From IMG/VR virus record IMGVR_UViG_3300042897_000994, positions 96,938 to 160,937 of that record: a stretch of DNA of 64,000 nt; one strand, 5' to 3'. The notes below the pieces were generated by a model. That model did no database searches. It was not told the DNA's origin and saw only the letters and a program-made list of their open reading frames with translations. Below are positions 1 to 9,163 of the stretch, in pieces. The DNA comes from a virus. The position numbers and the translations under genes are program-made. Each line of letters begins with the position of its first letter. Positions within the stretch are counted from its first letter, which is position 1.

Positions 1-425
1 TCTTCAATAATGCAAAAGAGATAGTTTCTTATTTTGTTAATCTTAGATTGGGTTACTATCAGAAAAGAAAAGACTATTTTATAGAACAAATAGAAAGAGA
101 ACTTATGATTCTTTCTAATAGAGCTCGCTTCATTAAGGGTATTTTAGAAGAAAAGATCAAAGTTAATAAAGTAAAGAGAGAAGATCTTATAGCTACTTTA
201 GAAAAAATGAAATTTGATAAAGTAGATGGAAGTTTTCAATATTTGATTGGAATGCCAATCTACTCTCTAACTTTAGAAAAGTACGAAGAGCTTCTAAAAC
301 AAGTTACAGACAAAGAATCTGAACTTGAATTAATGAAAAAGTCTGATATTACTGAAATGTATAAAAAGGACTTGAAAGAACTTGAAAAGAAAATCAAAGA
401 AACTTCTAATAACAATAACAAATGA
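1..425 (+). CDS. Type IIA DNA topoisomerase, C-terminal part (T4 gp52/TopoII-like), 5'-truncated by the window
   Basis: Frame open from the window start (FNNAKEIVSYFVNLRLGYYQKRK...LSNRARFI...YLIGMPIYSLT...DL), the typical topo II C-terminal pattern. Confidence 0.8.
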   Translation, partial: FNNAKEIVSYFVNLRLGYYQKRKDYFIEQIERELMILSNRARFIKGILEEKIKVNKVKREDLIATLEKMKFDKVDGSFQYLIGMPIYSLTLEKYEELLKQVTDKESELELMKKSDITEMYKKDLKELEKKIKETSNNNNK

Positions 426-1495
426 GCAAACTTGCTTTAACCTACGATGACATTCAGTTAGTACCTGCACTATCTACAGTTGCATCTAGACAAAAAATAA
501 AATTGCGTACTCTAGTGTCTAGAAGATACGGTATTTTGAATCCTTTCGTAGCTTCTCCGATGGACACGGTTTGTGAAGAAGAAATGGCATTCAAGATGTT
601 CTTAATGGGAGGTGTAGGATGCATTCATCGATTCATGTCGGTTGAAGATCAGATAAAAATAGTTCGTAGTTTGAACGGTAGAATCTATGGCGACGGTTTT
701 GGAGGACCTTATGAGGATTGGGGAATTATGTTGGATGATTGGCACTCAGAAATTCCACACATCCCAATTATGGCTGCAATTGGAGTGATGGCTTCTGACG
801 TAGAAAGAGCTAAGAAATTAGTAGAAGCAGGAGCAAATATTATTTTAATAGATGTTGCACACGGTCATCATCAAAATGTGATTGACATGATAAAAATATT
901 AAAAGAAGCTCTACCTCAGCATGTAGACATTATTGCAGGTAATATTGCAACTGCTCAAGCTGCAATTGATTTAGAAGAAGCAGGAGCAGACGGTCTCAGA
1001 GTAGGTATAGGGGGAGGATCTCTCTGTACTACTCGAGTTAAGACCGGATTTGGTATTCCAAACGTAACTTCAATTATGGAAATTGAAGCAGTTGCTAAAA
1101 CTCCAATTATGGCAGATGGGGGAATCAGAAGCAGCGGAGATATTGCCAAAGCATTAGCAGTCGGTGCATCTTCGGTAATGTTAGGTTCGTTATTGTCTGG
1201 TACTGATGAAGCACCCGGGCAAATTATCGAAAAGCCTAATGGTTTATACAAGAGATATAGAGGAGCAGCTTCATTAGAAACAAAAACGGTTCACGGTCAA
1301 GCTCAACGAAACGTAGAAGGAGAATCTACGGTTGTTCCGTATAAGGGTGGTGTTAAATTTATTTTGAACGGACTTATTGATGGAGTTAAATCTGCACTTT
1401 CTTATGCAGGTTCAGAATCTTTAAAAACTTATAATCCAGAATTTGTACAAGTTACAAACGCTGGAGCAGCAGAAGCAAAACCACATTTACTATGA
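422..1495 (+). CDS. guaB: IMP dehydrogenase / GMP reductase family (no CBS domains)
   Basis: ALTYDDIQLVP, SPMDTV, IDVAHGH, GIGGGSLCTTR catalytic Cys loop, ADGGIR, YRGAAS, EG. Confidence 0.85.
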   Translation: MSKLALTYDDIQLVPALSTVASRQKIKLRTLVSRRYGILNPFVASPMDTVCEEEMAFKMFLMGGVGCIHRFMSVEDQIKIVRSLNGRIYGDGFGGPYEDWGIMLDDWHSEIPHIPIMAAIGVMASDVERAKKLVEAGANIILIDVAHGHHQNVIDMIKILKEALPQHVDIIAGNIATAQAAIDLEEAGADGLRVGIGGGSLCTTRVKTGFGIPNVTSIMEIEAVAKTPIMADGGIRSSGDIAKALAVGASSVMLGSLLSGTDEAPGQIIEKPNGLYKRYRGAASLETKTVHGQAQRNVEGESTVVPYKGGVKFILNGLIDGVKSALSYAGSESLKTYNPEFVQVTNAGAAEAKPHLL

Positions 1496-1755
1496 TAGAA
1501 GTAGAATCAAGCACAATTAAAAAGATAGGATATAGTTATCCAGATAGAAAGCTTATTGTAGAGTTTAAGTCTGGTGGAATTTATCACTATAAAGATGTAC
1601 CCGAAGAAGTTTTTGAAGAGTTAAAAACTTCTGAATCTATGGGAAAGTTTTTAAATGAAAATATAAAGAAAAAATATGAATTCGAAGCTGTATATTTACC
1701 TGGACGACGTGAGGACTCCGAAGGATCCGAACTGGAAAGTAGTCCGAAATTATGA
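1492..1755 (+). CDS. KTSC domain protein
   Basis: VESSTIKKIGY...LIVEFKSGGIYHYKDVP...SESMGKFLNENIK. Confidence 0.85.
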   Translation: MIEVESSTIKKIGYSYPDRKLIVEFKSGGIYHYKDVPEEVFEELKTSESMGKFLNENIKKKYEFEAVYLPGRREDSEGSELESSPKL

Positions 1756-2134
1756 GGAATTTGTAGATCTAGTTTCTAAAACTGGACTAGAAAATATTGA
1801 AACAATATCCTTAGATCATGATCTAGGTCCTATAGCAATGTCAGAATATTTTAACAATGTTTCACCTAATTACAAACTTGACTATAATAATCTTATAGAA
1901 GAAAAGACAGGATATGATTGTGCAAAATGGTTAGTTGATTATTATTATGAAAAATATGATAAAGAAGTTTCTAGAAATGAAAAAAGAAACTCCGGAATAT
2001 TATTCCCTCGGATTTACACTCATTCTGCTAATCCGATTGGTTCTGCTAATATCATGGGATATGTAAATAATTTTTTAATGAATGAAGCTCAACCACAAGA
2101 TTGTGTTAGAGTACAAATAGAACATACAGTATGA
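1676..2134 (+). CDS. Cyclic-phosphate-processing receiver-like domain protein
   Basis: IYLDDVRTP, ISLDHDLG, TGYDCAKWL, HSANPIG motifs. Confidence 0.75.
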   Translation: MNSKLYIYLDDVRTPKDPNWKVVRNYEEFVDLVSKTGLENIETISLDHDLGPIAMSEYFNNVSPNYKLDYNNLIEEKTGYDCAKWLVDYYYEKYDKEVSRNEKRNSGILFPRIYTHSANPIGSANIMGYVNNFLMNEAQPQDCVRVQIEHTV

Positions 2135-2349
2135 ACCTAGTATTTGAAGCTACATTATCTGCACTAGAAACTCAGAGAAAAGAAGCGTTAGCAGAGCTTT
2201 CTGTATATTTTCTCAGAACTAATGAGTACGATAAATCCGCGATAATAGATGCAGTTAAAAAATTAAATGAAGCTGAAAGCTGTATCGAAACCTTGATGAA
2301 AAATTTCATAGAAGAAAATAATGAGCAACAGGATAATATTAGTGGGTAA
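2131..2349 (+). CDS. Hypothetical protein
   Basis: Overlap-coupled ORF. Confidence 0.6.
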   Translation: MNLVFEATLSALETQRKEALAELSVYFLRTNEYDKSAIIDAVKKLNEAESCIETLMKNFIEENNEQQDNISG

Positions 2350-2806
2350 GGCCGGGAGCGGTAAGGACCACATCAGAAAAAAATTCCAAAGGAGAGGCTT
2401 CGAGTATGCGATTTCATATACTACGAGGCCTCCTCGTGAAGGAGAAGTAGATGGTAAAGATTACTATTTTCTAAGTGATGAAGAGTTCACAGAGATGCAG
2501 AAAAATGATCTATGGTATGAGTGGGTTGAATTCAATGGTTGGAGATATGGAACCACGAAAGAGCAATTCTATTCAGAAAAGCCAATGGTCTTTATTATGA
2601 CTCCAGTAGGTCTTTCTCATGTAAAGGGTGAAGACAGAGAATCAAGCTTGGTAATTTATTTGGATATTGATAGACTTACGAGAATCAGAAGACTAGATGC
2701 CCGAAATATGCCAGGAGATTCAGTTTGGAGAAGAGTACAAGCTGATAGCGAAGACTTTAAAAACTTTAATAACTTTGATATTGTGATTAAAAACTCAGAT
2801 TTTTAG
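2321..2806 (+). CDS. gmk: Guanylate kinase
   Basis: P-loop GKAGSGKD; SYTTRPPREGEVDGKDYYF; YGT. Confidence 0.9.
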   Translation: MSNRIILVGKAGSGKDHIRKKFQRRGFEYAISYTTRPPREGEVDGKDYYFLSDEEFTEMQKNDLWYEWVEFNGWRYGTTKEQFYSEKPMVFIMTPVGLSHVKGEDRESSLVIYLDIDRLTRIRRLDARNMPGDSVWRRVQADSEDFKNFNNFDIVIKNSDF

Positions 2807-3192
2807 TGTTCACAATAGAAAATATCAAAGACAAAGATCTACTAAATAGAATAGTAGATGAAGAAACCGATCAAATATTCAAAAGACCGGGCAGAAGAGG
2901 CAGAAGCTATGATGAATTAAGAGCTTCAGTTTTGCAGGGTAAGGTTGCAGAACTTTACTTAGTCGAAACTGGAAAATATAAATTCTGCGATCTTAAATAT
3001 CATGATCTCTATAATCAAAAGAAACAGATTATAGAAGTTAAAGCTTATTCTTCTACTGAAATTCTCCCACCCTTCGTAATCAAAGATATCAGAAAGATTC
3101 AATCTTTAGATTGGAACAAATCTGATTGGTATTACTACTTTGGAGTTTTCGAAGGAGTGTACACTCTACATCAAAGAATAAAACTAAAGTAA
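2806..3192 (+). CDS. Hypothetical protein, possible PD-(D/E)XK nuclease fold
   Basis: GKVAE...HDLY...IIEVKAY pattern (E...D...EVK). Confidence 0.4.
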   Translation: MFTIENIKDKDLLNRIVDEETDQIFKRPGRRGRSYDELRASVLQGKVAELYLVETGKYKFCDLKYHDLYNQKKQIIEVKAYSSTEILPPFVIKDIRKIQSLDWNKSDWYYYFGVFEGVYTLHQRIKLK

Positions 3193-3219
3193 AAACAATT
3201 GTAAAAAAACTGATATAAC
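3193..3219 (+). promoter_or_regulatory. Phage promoter AAAC-N17-TATAAC heading the DNA-modification operon
   Basis: Same motif and spacing at eight other intergenic sites; ATG 4 nt downstream. Confidence 0.7.
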
Positions 3220-3223
3220 AAAT

Positions 3224-3793
3224 ATGCAAAAATATATTATCTTTGAAGGTCTAGATCGTTGTGGTAAAGACACTCAAGTTGGATTAGTACAAAAGTCTTT
3301 TTCGGATGAGACTTTTCATGTCTTCCATTATAGCAAAATCCCACTAGAAACTCCAGAACAAAACAGAGAATATAGTGAAAGAATGTATAGAGATATGTTC
3401 AATGTGATGATAGAGAATAAAGGTGAAAATAGAAATTTTATCTTCAATCGATCTCATCTCGGAGAATCTGTATATGCTCCTCTATATAGAAATTATTTAG
3501 GTGATTATGTTTTTAAGATTGAAGAAGAATATATCGAAGATCTAAAATCTAATCTTTATCTTGTAGTTTTGGTAAATGAACCTTCTATCTTAATCAGTAG
3601 AGAAGATGGAGATTCTTTAAGCAAAGGCGAAGAAGATATTGCTAAAGAAAAACAAATGTTTGAAAGAGCTTATTTTGAAAGCAAAATTCAAAATAAAATC
3701 TTGATCGACTGTGGAGTAGATAGCCCAACAGAAATTGCACAAATTATTAAAGACTTTATTTTAGATTCAGAAAATGAAAATATACCAGGGTAA
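3224..3793 (+). CDS. Thymidylate-kinase-like dNMP kinase
   Basis: IIFEGLDRCGKDTQ P-loop; FNRSHLGESVY. Confidence 0.8.
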   Translation: MQKYIIFEGLDRCGKDTQVGLVQKSFSDETFHVFHYSKIPLETPEQNREYSERMYRDMFNVMIENKGENRNFIFNRSHLGESVYAPLYRNYLGDYVFKIEEEYIEDLKSNLYLVVLVNEPSILISREDGDSLSKGEEDIAKEKQMFERAYFESKIQNKILIDCGVDSPTEIAQIIKDFILDSENENIPG

Positions 3794-4646
3794 TTCTTTC
3801 GCATCTGTATACAGAGATCTTCTGAACGATCTTTTAAATTCTCCTGAATATACATGTTCGCCTAGGGGAATGGAAATAAGAGAAATTACAGACTGTGCTC
3901 TAGTAATTGAAAATCCTGTCTTTGCAATGTATGAAAATGAGAGAAGATCTACTCAAGAAAAATATATTGCTGCAGAGTTTTTATGGTACTTTGCTGGTAG
4001 AAATGATTTAAGTTTTATCGAAAGATTCGCAAAGTTCTGGCAACATGTTGCAAATGAAGATGGAACTTTAAATTCTGCTTATGGAAATTTAATTTTCACA
4101 AAAAAGAATGAGCATAACATTTCACAGTGGGAATGGGCTTATAATTCATTAGTCGAAGATAAAGATACTCGTCAGGCAATTATGCATTTTAATATGCCTG
4201 AACACCAAAGACGTGGAAATAAAGATTTTGTTTGTACTCTAACTGGAATTTTTCAGATCAGAGAAAATAAATTGAATTTTACTGTGAACATGCGAAGTAA
4301 TGATGCCATCTTAGGAACTCCTACAGATATTCCTTTCTTCTGTGTTTTGCAGATCCAAATGTTAGAACTTTTAAAGTCTACATATCCAGATTTAGAACTC
4401 GGTACATATACACATTTTGCGCATTCTCTTCATATTTATGAAAGACATTTTCAACTGGTTGAAGAAATGTTAAAAGATGACAATTTTATTGCAAAAGATT
4501 TACCAAAAATCGATCAGACCCTGATATATAGATCAGGGAAACCCAACGAAAAAGTATTGGAAATGATTGATAAAATTGAAAAAGGCGAATCTGATGTAGA
4601 AGCAACAGGTGAAATTTTTAAATGGATTTATCAGAACATTTTCTGA
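3774..4646 (+). CDS. dCMP hydroxymethylase-type thymidylate synthase homolog (T4 gp42-like)
   Basis: SPRG, NSAYG, DTRQA, DFVCT catalytic Cys, MRSNDAILGTPTD with Asp at the pyrimidine-specificity position (Asn in ThyA), SLHIYERH. Confidence 0.8.
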   Translation: MKIYQGNSFASVYRDLLNDLLNSPEYTCSPRGMEIREITDCALVIENPVFAMYENERRSTQEKYIAAEFLWYFAGRNDLSFIERFAKFWQHVANEDGTLNSAYGNLIFTKKNEHNISQWEWAYNSLVEDKDTRQAIMHFNMPEHQRRGNKDFVCTLTGIFQIRENKLNFTVNMRSNDAILGTPTDIPFFCVLQIQMLELLKSTYPDLELGTYTHFAHSLHIYERHFQLVEEMLKDDNFIAKDLPKIDQTLIYRSGKPNEKVLEMIDKIEKGESDVEATGEIFKWIYQNIF

Positions 4647-4673
4647 TATCAATAAAAAAGATTATAATTTAAT

Positions 4674-5828
4674 ATGAACGTTACGAAATTTGAAAAGCCA
4701 GACACTTCCGTGAAATCGGTATATGTGTACTATTTTGGCAAGTATCCGAAGAAAACAAAACCAGCTAAAGATGTAACTTTACCTATCAGGCTTTGGCCAG
4801 AAGCTAAATTTTATATTAGATGTAATACTAAAGGAGGAATCGGAAAGAATAATCTGGAATATTTCTCTAATCTTTACAACGGAACTCAATTTGAGTTAGT
4901 AGAAGAAACTCTCGATCAAGTAGTAGATGCAGAAATGCTCTTTATCCATCATGAAAATTATAATGCATTTGGTGGAGTAGTTCGAGAATGCTGTATTCAT
5001 TTTGCTCAAATTCTAGGGAAATGGACGAAAAAGGCAACAGTTTTCTACAATGATGAATTATTCTCTGGTTTCTATGATATTAGGGATTGGTTAGAATCAA
5101 GATCAACAAATGAAAACTTCTTGAAAAATAATCCTCAAATTTTAGAAAGAGTTCCAAGAAGCGAAAATTGGGAAAATGTTACTCTGCTCATGAATGAAAA
5201 TAAAATCACAGACTGGGCTGATGTACATGTAAAAGACACTCTAACCGATAGAATTGAAGTTTCTTATCTATCAGATATTATTTTATATGATCTTCCTACC
5301 TCGGGAATGAAATATAAAAATAGTTATGAAAAGAAGGGAGTTTATGTTCCTCTGTTTACAGCAGAAAGAATTTCAGTTTGTAACAAACTTTTCAATGGAA
5401 ATGTAGAGATTACTTTTGCTGGATCTCGTTCAGATGAATTAAAAGAAAATATTGCAGGCGATGGAAAATACATTCAGAATTTTGAATTACCTGCATTCTT
5501 GAAAAAATTCGATTGGACTATTTATATCGGAAAGGGAAAGCAGTCTTCATATCTAGGAGCTACTTTTTACGAACCTCTATTAAAAGGTCTTCCTGTTTTT
5601 GTATGGACTGAAACCGACAAACAAAAGAAAGTTTTTGGTGATATCGATTGTTATTTCTCAACTGAAGATCAATTACAAAAGCTTGTTGAAAAGTGGGATA
5701 TGAAAGAACTTTACAAAACTCAAGTAGTACATATCTTCGGAAATGAACCTGAAGAAACTGGAGAATTTGAAAGTGTACAAGCTACAGAAATTCCAAAAGA
5801 AAAGCCTAAAGTAATTGCACTATTCTAA
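4674..5828 (+). CDS. Putative DNA glycosyltransferase, T4 beta-glucosyltransferase-like (GT-B)
   Basis: NYNAFGG...KWTKKATVFYND and IYIG...FYE...TETD...DCYF resemble remembered BGT motifs; directly follows the hydroxymethylase. Confidence 0.6.
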   Translation: MNVTKFEKPDTSVKSVYVYYFGKYPKKTKPAKDVTLPIRLWPEAKFYIRCNTKGGIGKNNLEYFSNLYNGTQFELVEETLDQVVDAEMLFIHHENYNAFGGVVRECCIHFAQILGKWTKKATVFYNDELFSGFYDIRDWLESRSTNENFLKNNPQILERVPRSENWENVTLLMNENKITDWADVHVKDTLTDRIEVSYLSDIILYDLPTSGMKYKNSYEKKGVYVPLFTAERISVCNKLFNGNVEITFAGSRSDELKENIAGDGKYIQNFELPAFLKKFDWTIYIGKGKQSSYLGATFYEPLLKGLPVFVWTETDKQKKVFGDIDCYFSTEDQLQKLVEKWDMKELYKTQVVHIFGNEPEETGEFESVQATEIPKEKPKVIALF

Positions 5829-6940
5829 TGATTGGAATAATTAGAACTCGACCATCTTTTGCAAGAGTAGAATATGAACCCTATCATTTTTTAAAATGGC
5901 TTGAGCTTTTTCCTCAAAATAGATTTTTGTGGTTGAGTAAAAATCCAGATAAAGTTAAAAAAAGATTCGGAGAAGAAAATTTTCCAGCAATAGAATCTTT
6001 TGATCTTGATGAATATTTTACAATTGAAAGTATCTCTGAACGTGAAAAGTATTTGGATGATTTAATTAAGAGTAAAAATCTAACTCAGATAATTACTATT
6101 CATAATGATATAAAGCAAAACTTTAAAAATGGAGCTGAAGAAAAGGGAACTTCCTTTTTTAACGGTATAGTAGAATCTGATAGTCTACCTACTTTTGTAT
6201 CAGTGAAAAATTTCTTTGAAGTTAATCACATTCCTTATTATCTTTCAAAGAAAATTCCAGTCGTTCATGTTTATGTAGATCCCCAAGAAGCATCTTGGAA
6301 TAGAATGACAGGATGCATTGAAGAAAAATATTTCTTCTATGAGAACTCAAGAATAGATGCAAAGTATCTACCTTTTGTAGAATGGAGTTTTTCAAAGCAG
6401 ATTAAAAAATATTCAAAGAAAAAGAAATTTGCATTTGGATTTACAGTAGTTACTGAAGACCGGGAACCTCTTTATTATCAATTAGCAGATATTAAAAATG
6501 TCAATTTTCTGGTTAAATTTCCGAAGATAGGAATTGATACCACGGTAAAAAGAGCCGATTATGCAGAAATGCTTAAAGAGAGTGAATTTACTCTTGTGAT
6601 TCCTTCGTATGAAGATACTGATTTTAGTAGTATTCGATTTTGGGATGCTATTACAAAAGCTTGCATTCCCTTTATTTTAGATACATGTAAATGGGAACAG
6701 GCTTTTGAGCAACATCCAGAAATAACAAAAATCATAAGTGAAGATCTTTTGGTGAATACTGATACCGTAAAAGAAAAGATTGAAAATACTGATTATGAAT
6801 CCTTGCTAAATAAAATCTGGAATACTCAAGACTGGAAAAATATTCAAGATCTAGAATGGTATCAAGATCAGATTAAGGGAATTTCATTTGCAGATTCTGA
6901 TAAACCTAAACCACCTTCCAAAAATATAGCTTTATTTTAA
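5828..6940 (+). CDS. Putative glycosyltransferase (GT-B), second DNA-modifying candidate
   Basis: FAFGFT...SEFTLVIPSY...SIRFWDAITKACIPFILD nucleotide-sugar-binding pattern. Confidence 0.6.
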   Translation: MIGIIRTRPSFARVEYEPYHFLKWLELFPQNRFLWLSKNPDKVKKRFGEENFPAIESFDLDEYFTIESISEREKYLDDLIKSKNLTQIITIHNDIKQNFKNGAEEKGTSFFNGIVESDSLPTFVSVKNFFEVNHIPYYLSKKIPVVHVYVDPQEASWNRMTGCIEEKYFFYENSRIDAKYLPFVEWSFSKQIKKYSKKKKFAFGFTVVTEDREPLYYQLADIKNVNFLVKFPKIGIDTTVKRADYAEMLKESEFTLVIPSYEDTDFSSIRFWDAITKACIPFILDTCKWEQAFEQHPEITKIISEDLLVNTDTVKEKIENTDYESLLNKIWNTQDWKNIQDLEWYQDQIKGISFADSDKPKPPSKNIALF

Positions 6941-7359
6941 TGGAATTACTCAACACCCACCCAATTAAAAAATCAGATTTAGGCTTTCATGGCAACCTTT
7001 TCGGAGGGAAATTGCTCGCCTGGATCGATGCAGCTGCTGCTGGGTATTCCATGCAATTATGTGACACCCCTAGAATGGTTACTGTATCAATTGATAAATG
7101 TATTTTTGAAAAGCCAGCAAGAGAAAGTCAGCTTTTAAAAATTTACGGAGAGCCAAGTGAATTAGGCAACACTTCAGTCACGATGTACCTAGAGGCAAGA
7201 GCTCATAATGTTTACACTGGCAGACAGACTCTTGTCTTAAAAACTCATATCAAATTTGTACATATTGATGAAGAAGGAAATCCAATTCCAATTGCAGAAA
7301 AAGGCAGAACTCGGGTACAAAAAATGATCGATTCAAAAACAAATATAGAAGAAAAATGA
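6940..7359 (+). CDS. Hotdog-fold acyl-CoA thioesterase (YciA-like)
   Basis: DLGFHGNLFGGKLLAWID, VTVSID, GNTS, FVHIDEEGNP. Confidence 0.85.
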   Translation: MELLNTHPIKKSDLGFHGNLFGGKLLAWIDAAAAGYSMQLCDTPRMVTVSIDKCIFEKPARESQLLKIYGEPSELGNTSVTMYLEARAHNVYTGRQTLVLKTHIKFVHIDEEGNPIPIAEKGRTRVQKMIDSKTNIEEK

Positions 7360-8375
7360 AAATATTAGTAGTAGGCGCAGGATTAAGCGGAGCAGTAGTT
7401 TCAAGACATTTAGCAGAAACTGGATGTAAAGTTACAGTTATCGATAAAAGAGATCACATTGCAGGAAACGCATTTGATTATACGAATGAACATGGAATAA
7501 GAGTTCATAAATATGGACCACATCTCTTTCATACTCGAAATGAAAAGATCTTTAAATATCTAAGTAGATTTACAGAATGGGTTCCTTACTTTCATAAAGT
7601 AAAAGCTCAGTTGGAAGATGGTAGATATGTCACACTCCCAGTGAATAAAGAAACAAAAGAGATTGTTGGTGAAGAAAACATTTTGGATATTTTCTTTAAA
7701 CCTTACACAAAGAAAATGTGGGGAAAGGAAATTGAAGAACTTGATCCGGGTATTGTAAACCGAGTGAAACAATTTACTCGAGATGATATGAATGATCTTT
7801 ATTTTCCGGACGATGAGTTTCAATGTATGCCAAAAGATGGTTATACTAAGATGGTAGAAAATATGTTTGAACATGAAAATATTCAAATCAATCTTTCAAC
7901 TGGATTTCATAAGAGTATGGAAGCTAATTTTGATTATGTTTTCAACAGTATGCCGATTGATGAATATTATGATTTTTGCTATGGTGAACTTCCCTATCGA
8001 TCAATCAAGTTTCATACTGTAGATCTTCCTGCACCAAAAATGTTACCTGCAGTTACTGTGAATTTTACTCATACTGGTAAATTTACTCGAATGACAGAGT
8101 GGAAAAATATTCCGGCACATGGAGAAAATCCCTCAATGACGACTTTGACTTATGAAGAGCCTTGCGATTATGCAGATAATGATAATGAAAGATATTATCC
8201 AGTCAAAGATGTTGAAGGTAAAAACAGAGAGCTCTTTAGTAAATATCAAGCAATAGAAAATCCAAAGACAATTTTTATGGGAAGATTAGGTCTTTATGTT
8301 TATATTGATATGCATCAATGTATCAGCTCTACTCTTACTATTGTGGAAAAATTCATTAAAGAGAAAAATGTATAA
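7356..8375 (+). CDS. glf: UDP-galactopyranose mutase
   Basis: VGAGLSG FAD motif, HIAGNAFD, HKYGPHLFHT, YTKKMWG, LPYRS, RYYP, GRLGLYVYIDM. Confidence 0.93.
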   Translation: MKILVVGAGLSGAVVSRHLAETGCKVTVIDKRDHIAGNAFDYTNEHGIRVHKYGPHLFHTRNEKIFKYLSRFTEWVPYFHKVKAQLEDGRYVTLPVNKETKEIVGEENILDIFFKPYTKKMWGKEIEELDPGIVNRVKQFTRDDMNDLYFPDDEFQCMPKDGYTKMVENMFEHENIQINLSTGFHKSMEANFDYVFNSMPIDEYYDFCYGELPYRSIKFHTVDLPAPKMLPAVTVNFTHTGKFTRMTEWKNIPAHGENPSMTTLTYEEPCDYADNDNERYYPVKDVEGKNRELFSKYQAIENPKTIFMGRLGLYVYIDMHQCISSTLTIVEKFIKEKNV

Positions 8376-9123
8376 AGATTTGTCAAGATTGCTATATGGC
8401 ACTTCTGATCCATATTCCGAATGGAAAAAAATTAATTTTCCCATTGAAAGAGACTATCCAATGACAAATATCTATTCTTCTTTAATACGAGAATCAATTG
8501 AAGAAACTAATACTAATTTTTGGTTAGAAATTGGCAGCATGTTTGGAGGTTCTGCGATTAAAACGGCTAAAGTTGCAAATAGTCTTAAGAAAGACATATC
8601 AATTATATGTATAGACCCTTTTTGCGGAGATGTTTCTATGTGGGAACACAATATTTTTTTAAAAAATCAAAGAGAACAAGGATTCATTGCAAAAAATTCT
8701 ATATATCTTGATCTAGATGGTTGCAGACCAACTTTAATGGATAAATTCCTCGGAAATGTAATTTCTGAAGGTTTCGAAAAAACTATCTTACCACTCCCTA
8801 CTACGAGTATGGTAGGAATGCGATTACTTGAAAGATTTAGAGAAGATAAAAAAATTGATAGAGGTCCGGGTGTAATCTATCTTGATTCTGCTCACGAATG
8901 GTATGAAACTTATATAGAATTAGTTACTGCATGGAGAATACTAGCTCCGGGTGGAATTTTAATAGGAGACGATTATGATTGGCCTGCAGTAAATCATGAT
9001 GTCAATAAATTTGCAAGAGACTATAAAGTTAAAATTTTAGAGAAAGAAAAAGCACATTGGATGATTAAAAAACCTCTAACTGTAGGATATTTAGCATCTC
9101 CTTTTTTTATGGGTGGGTATTAG
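8368..9123 (+). CDS. Class I SAM-dependent methyltransferase (Methyltransf_24-like); start probably ATG 8368
   Basis: LEIGSMFGGSA, CIDPF, IYLDSAH, LAPGGILIGDDY. Confidence 0.8.
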   Translation: MYKDLSRLLYGTSDPYSEWKKINFPIERDYPMTNIYSSLIRESIEETNTNFWLEIGSMFGGSAIKTAKVANSLKKDISIICIDPFCGDVSMWEHNIFLKNQREQGFIAKNSIYLDLDGCRPTLMDKFLGNVISEGFEKTILPLPTTSMVGMRLLERFREDKKIDRGPGVIYLDSAHEWYETYIELVTAWRILAPGGILIGDDYDWPAVNHDVNKFARDYKVKILEKEKAHWMIKKPLTVGYLASPFFMGGY

Positions 9124-9131
9124 ACACTCCG

Positions 9132-9161
9132 AGGAGATATATAAATAGAAAAATATCTCCT
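9132..9161 (+). promoter_or_regulatory. Late-type promoter (GATATATAAATA) inside an AGGAGATAT/ATATCTCCT hairpin
   Basis: Contains TATAAATA (T4 late consensus) at 9140-9147; 9-bp inverted repeat ending just before ATG 9164. Confidence 0.65.
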
Positions 9162-9163
9162 TG

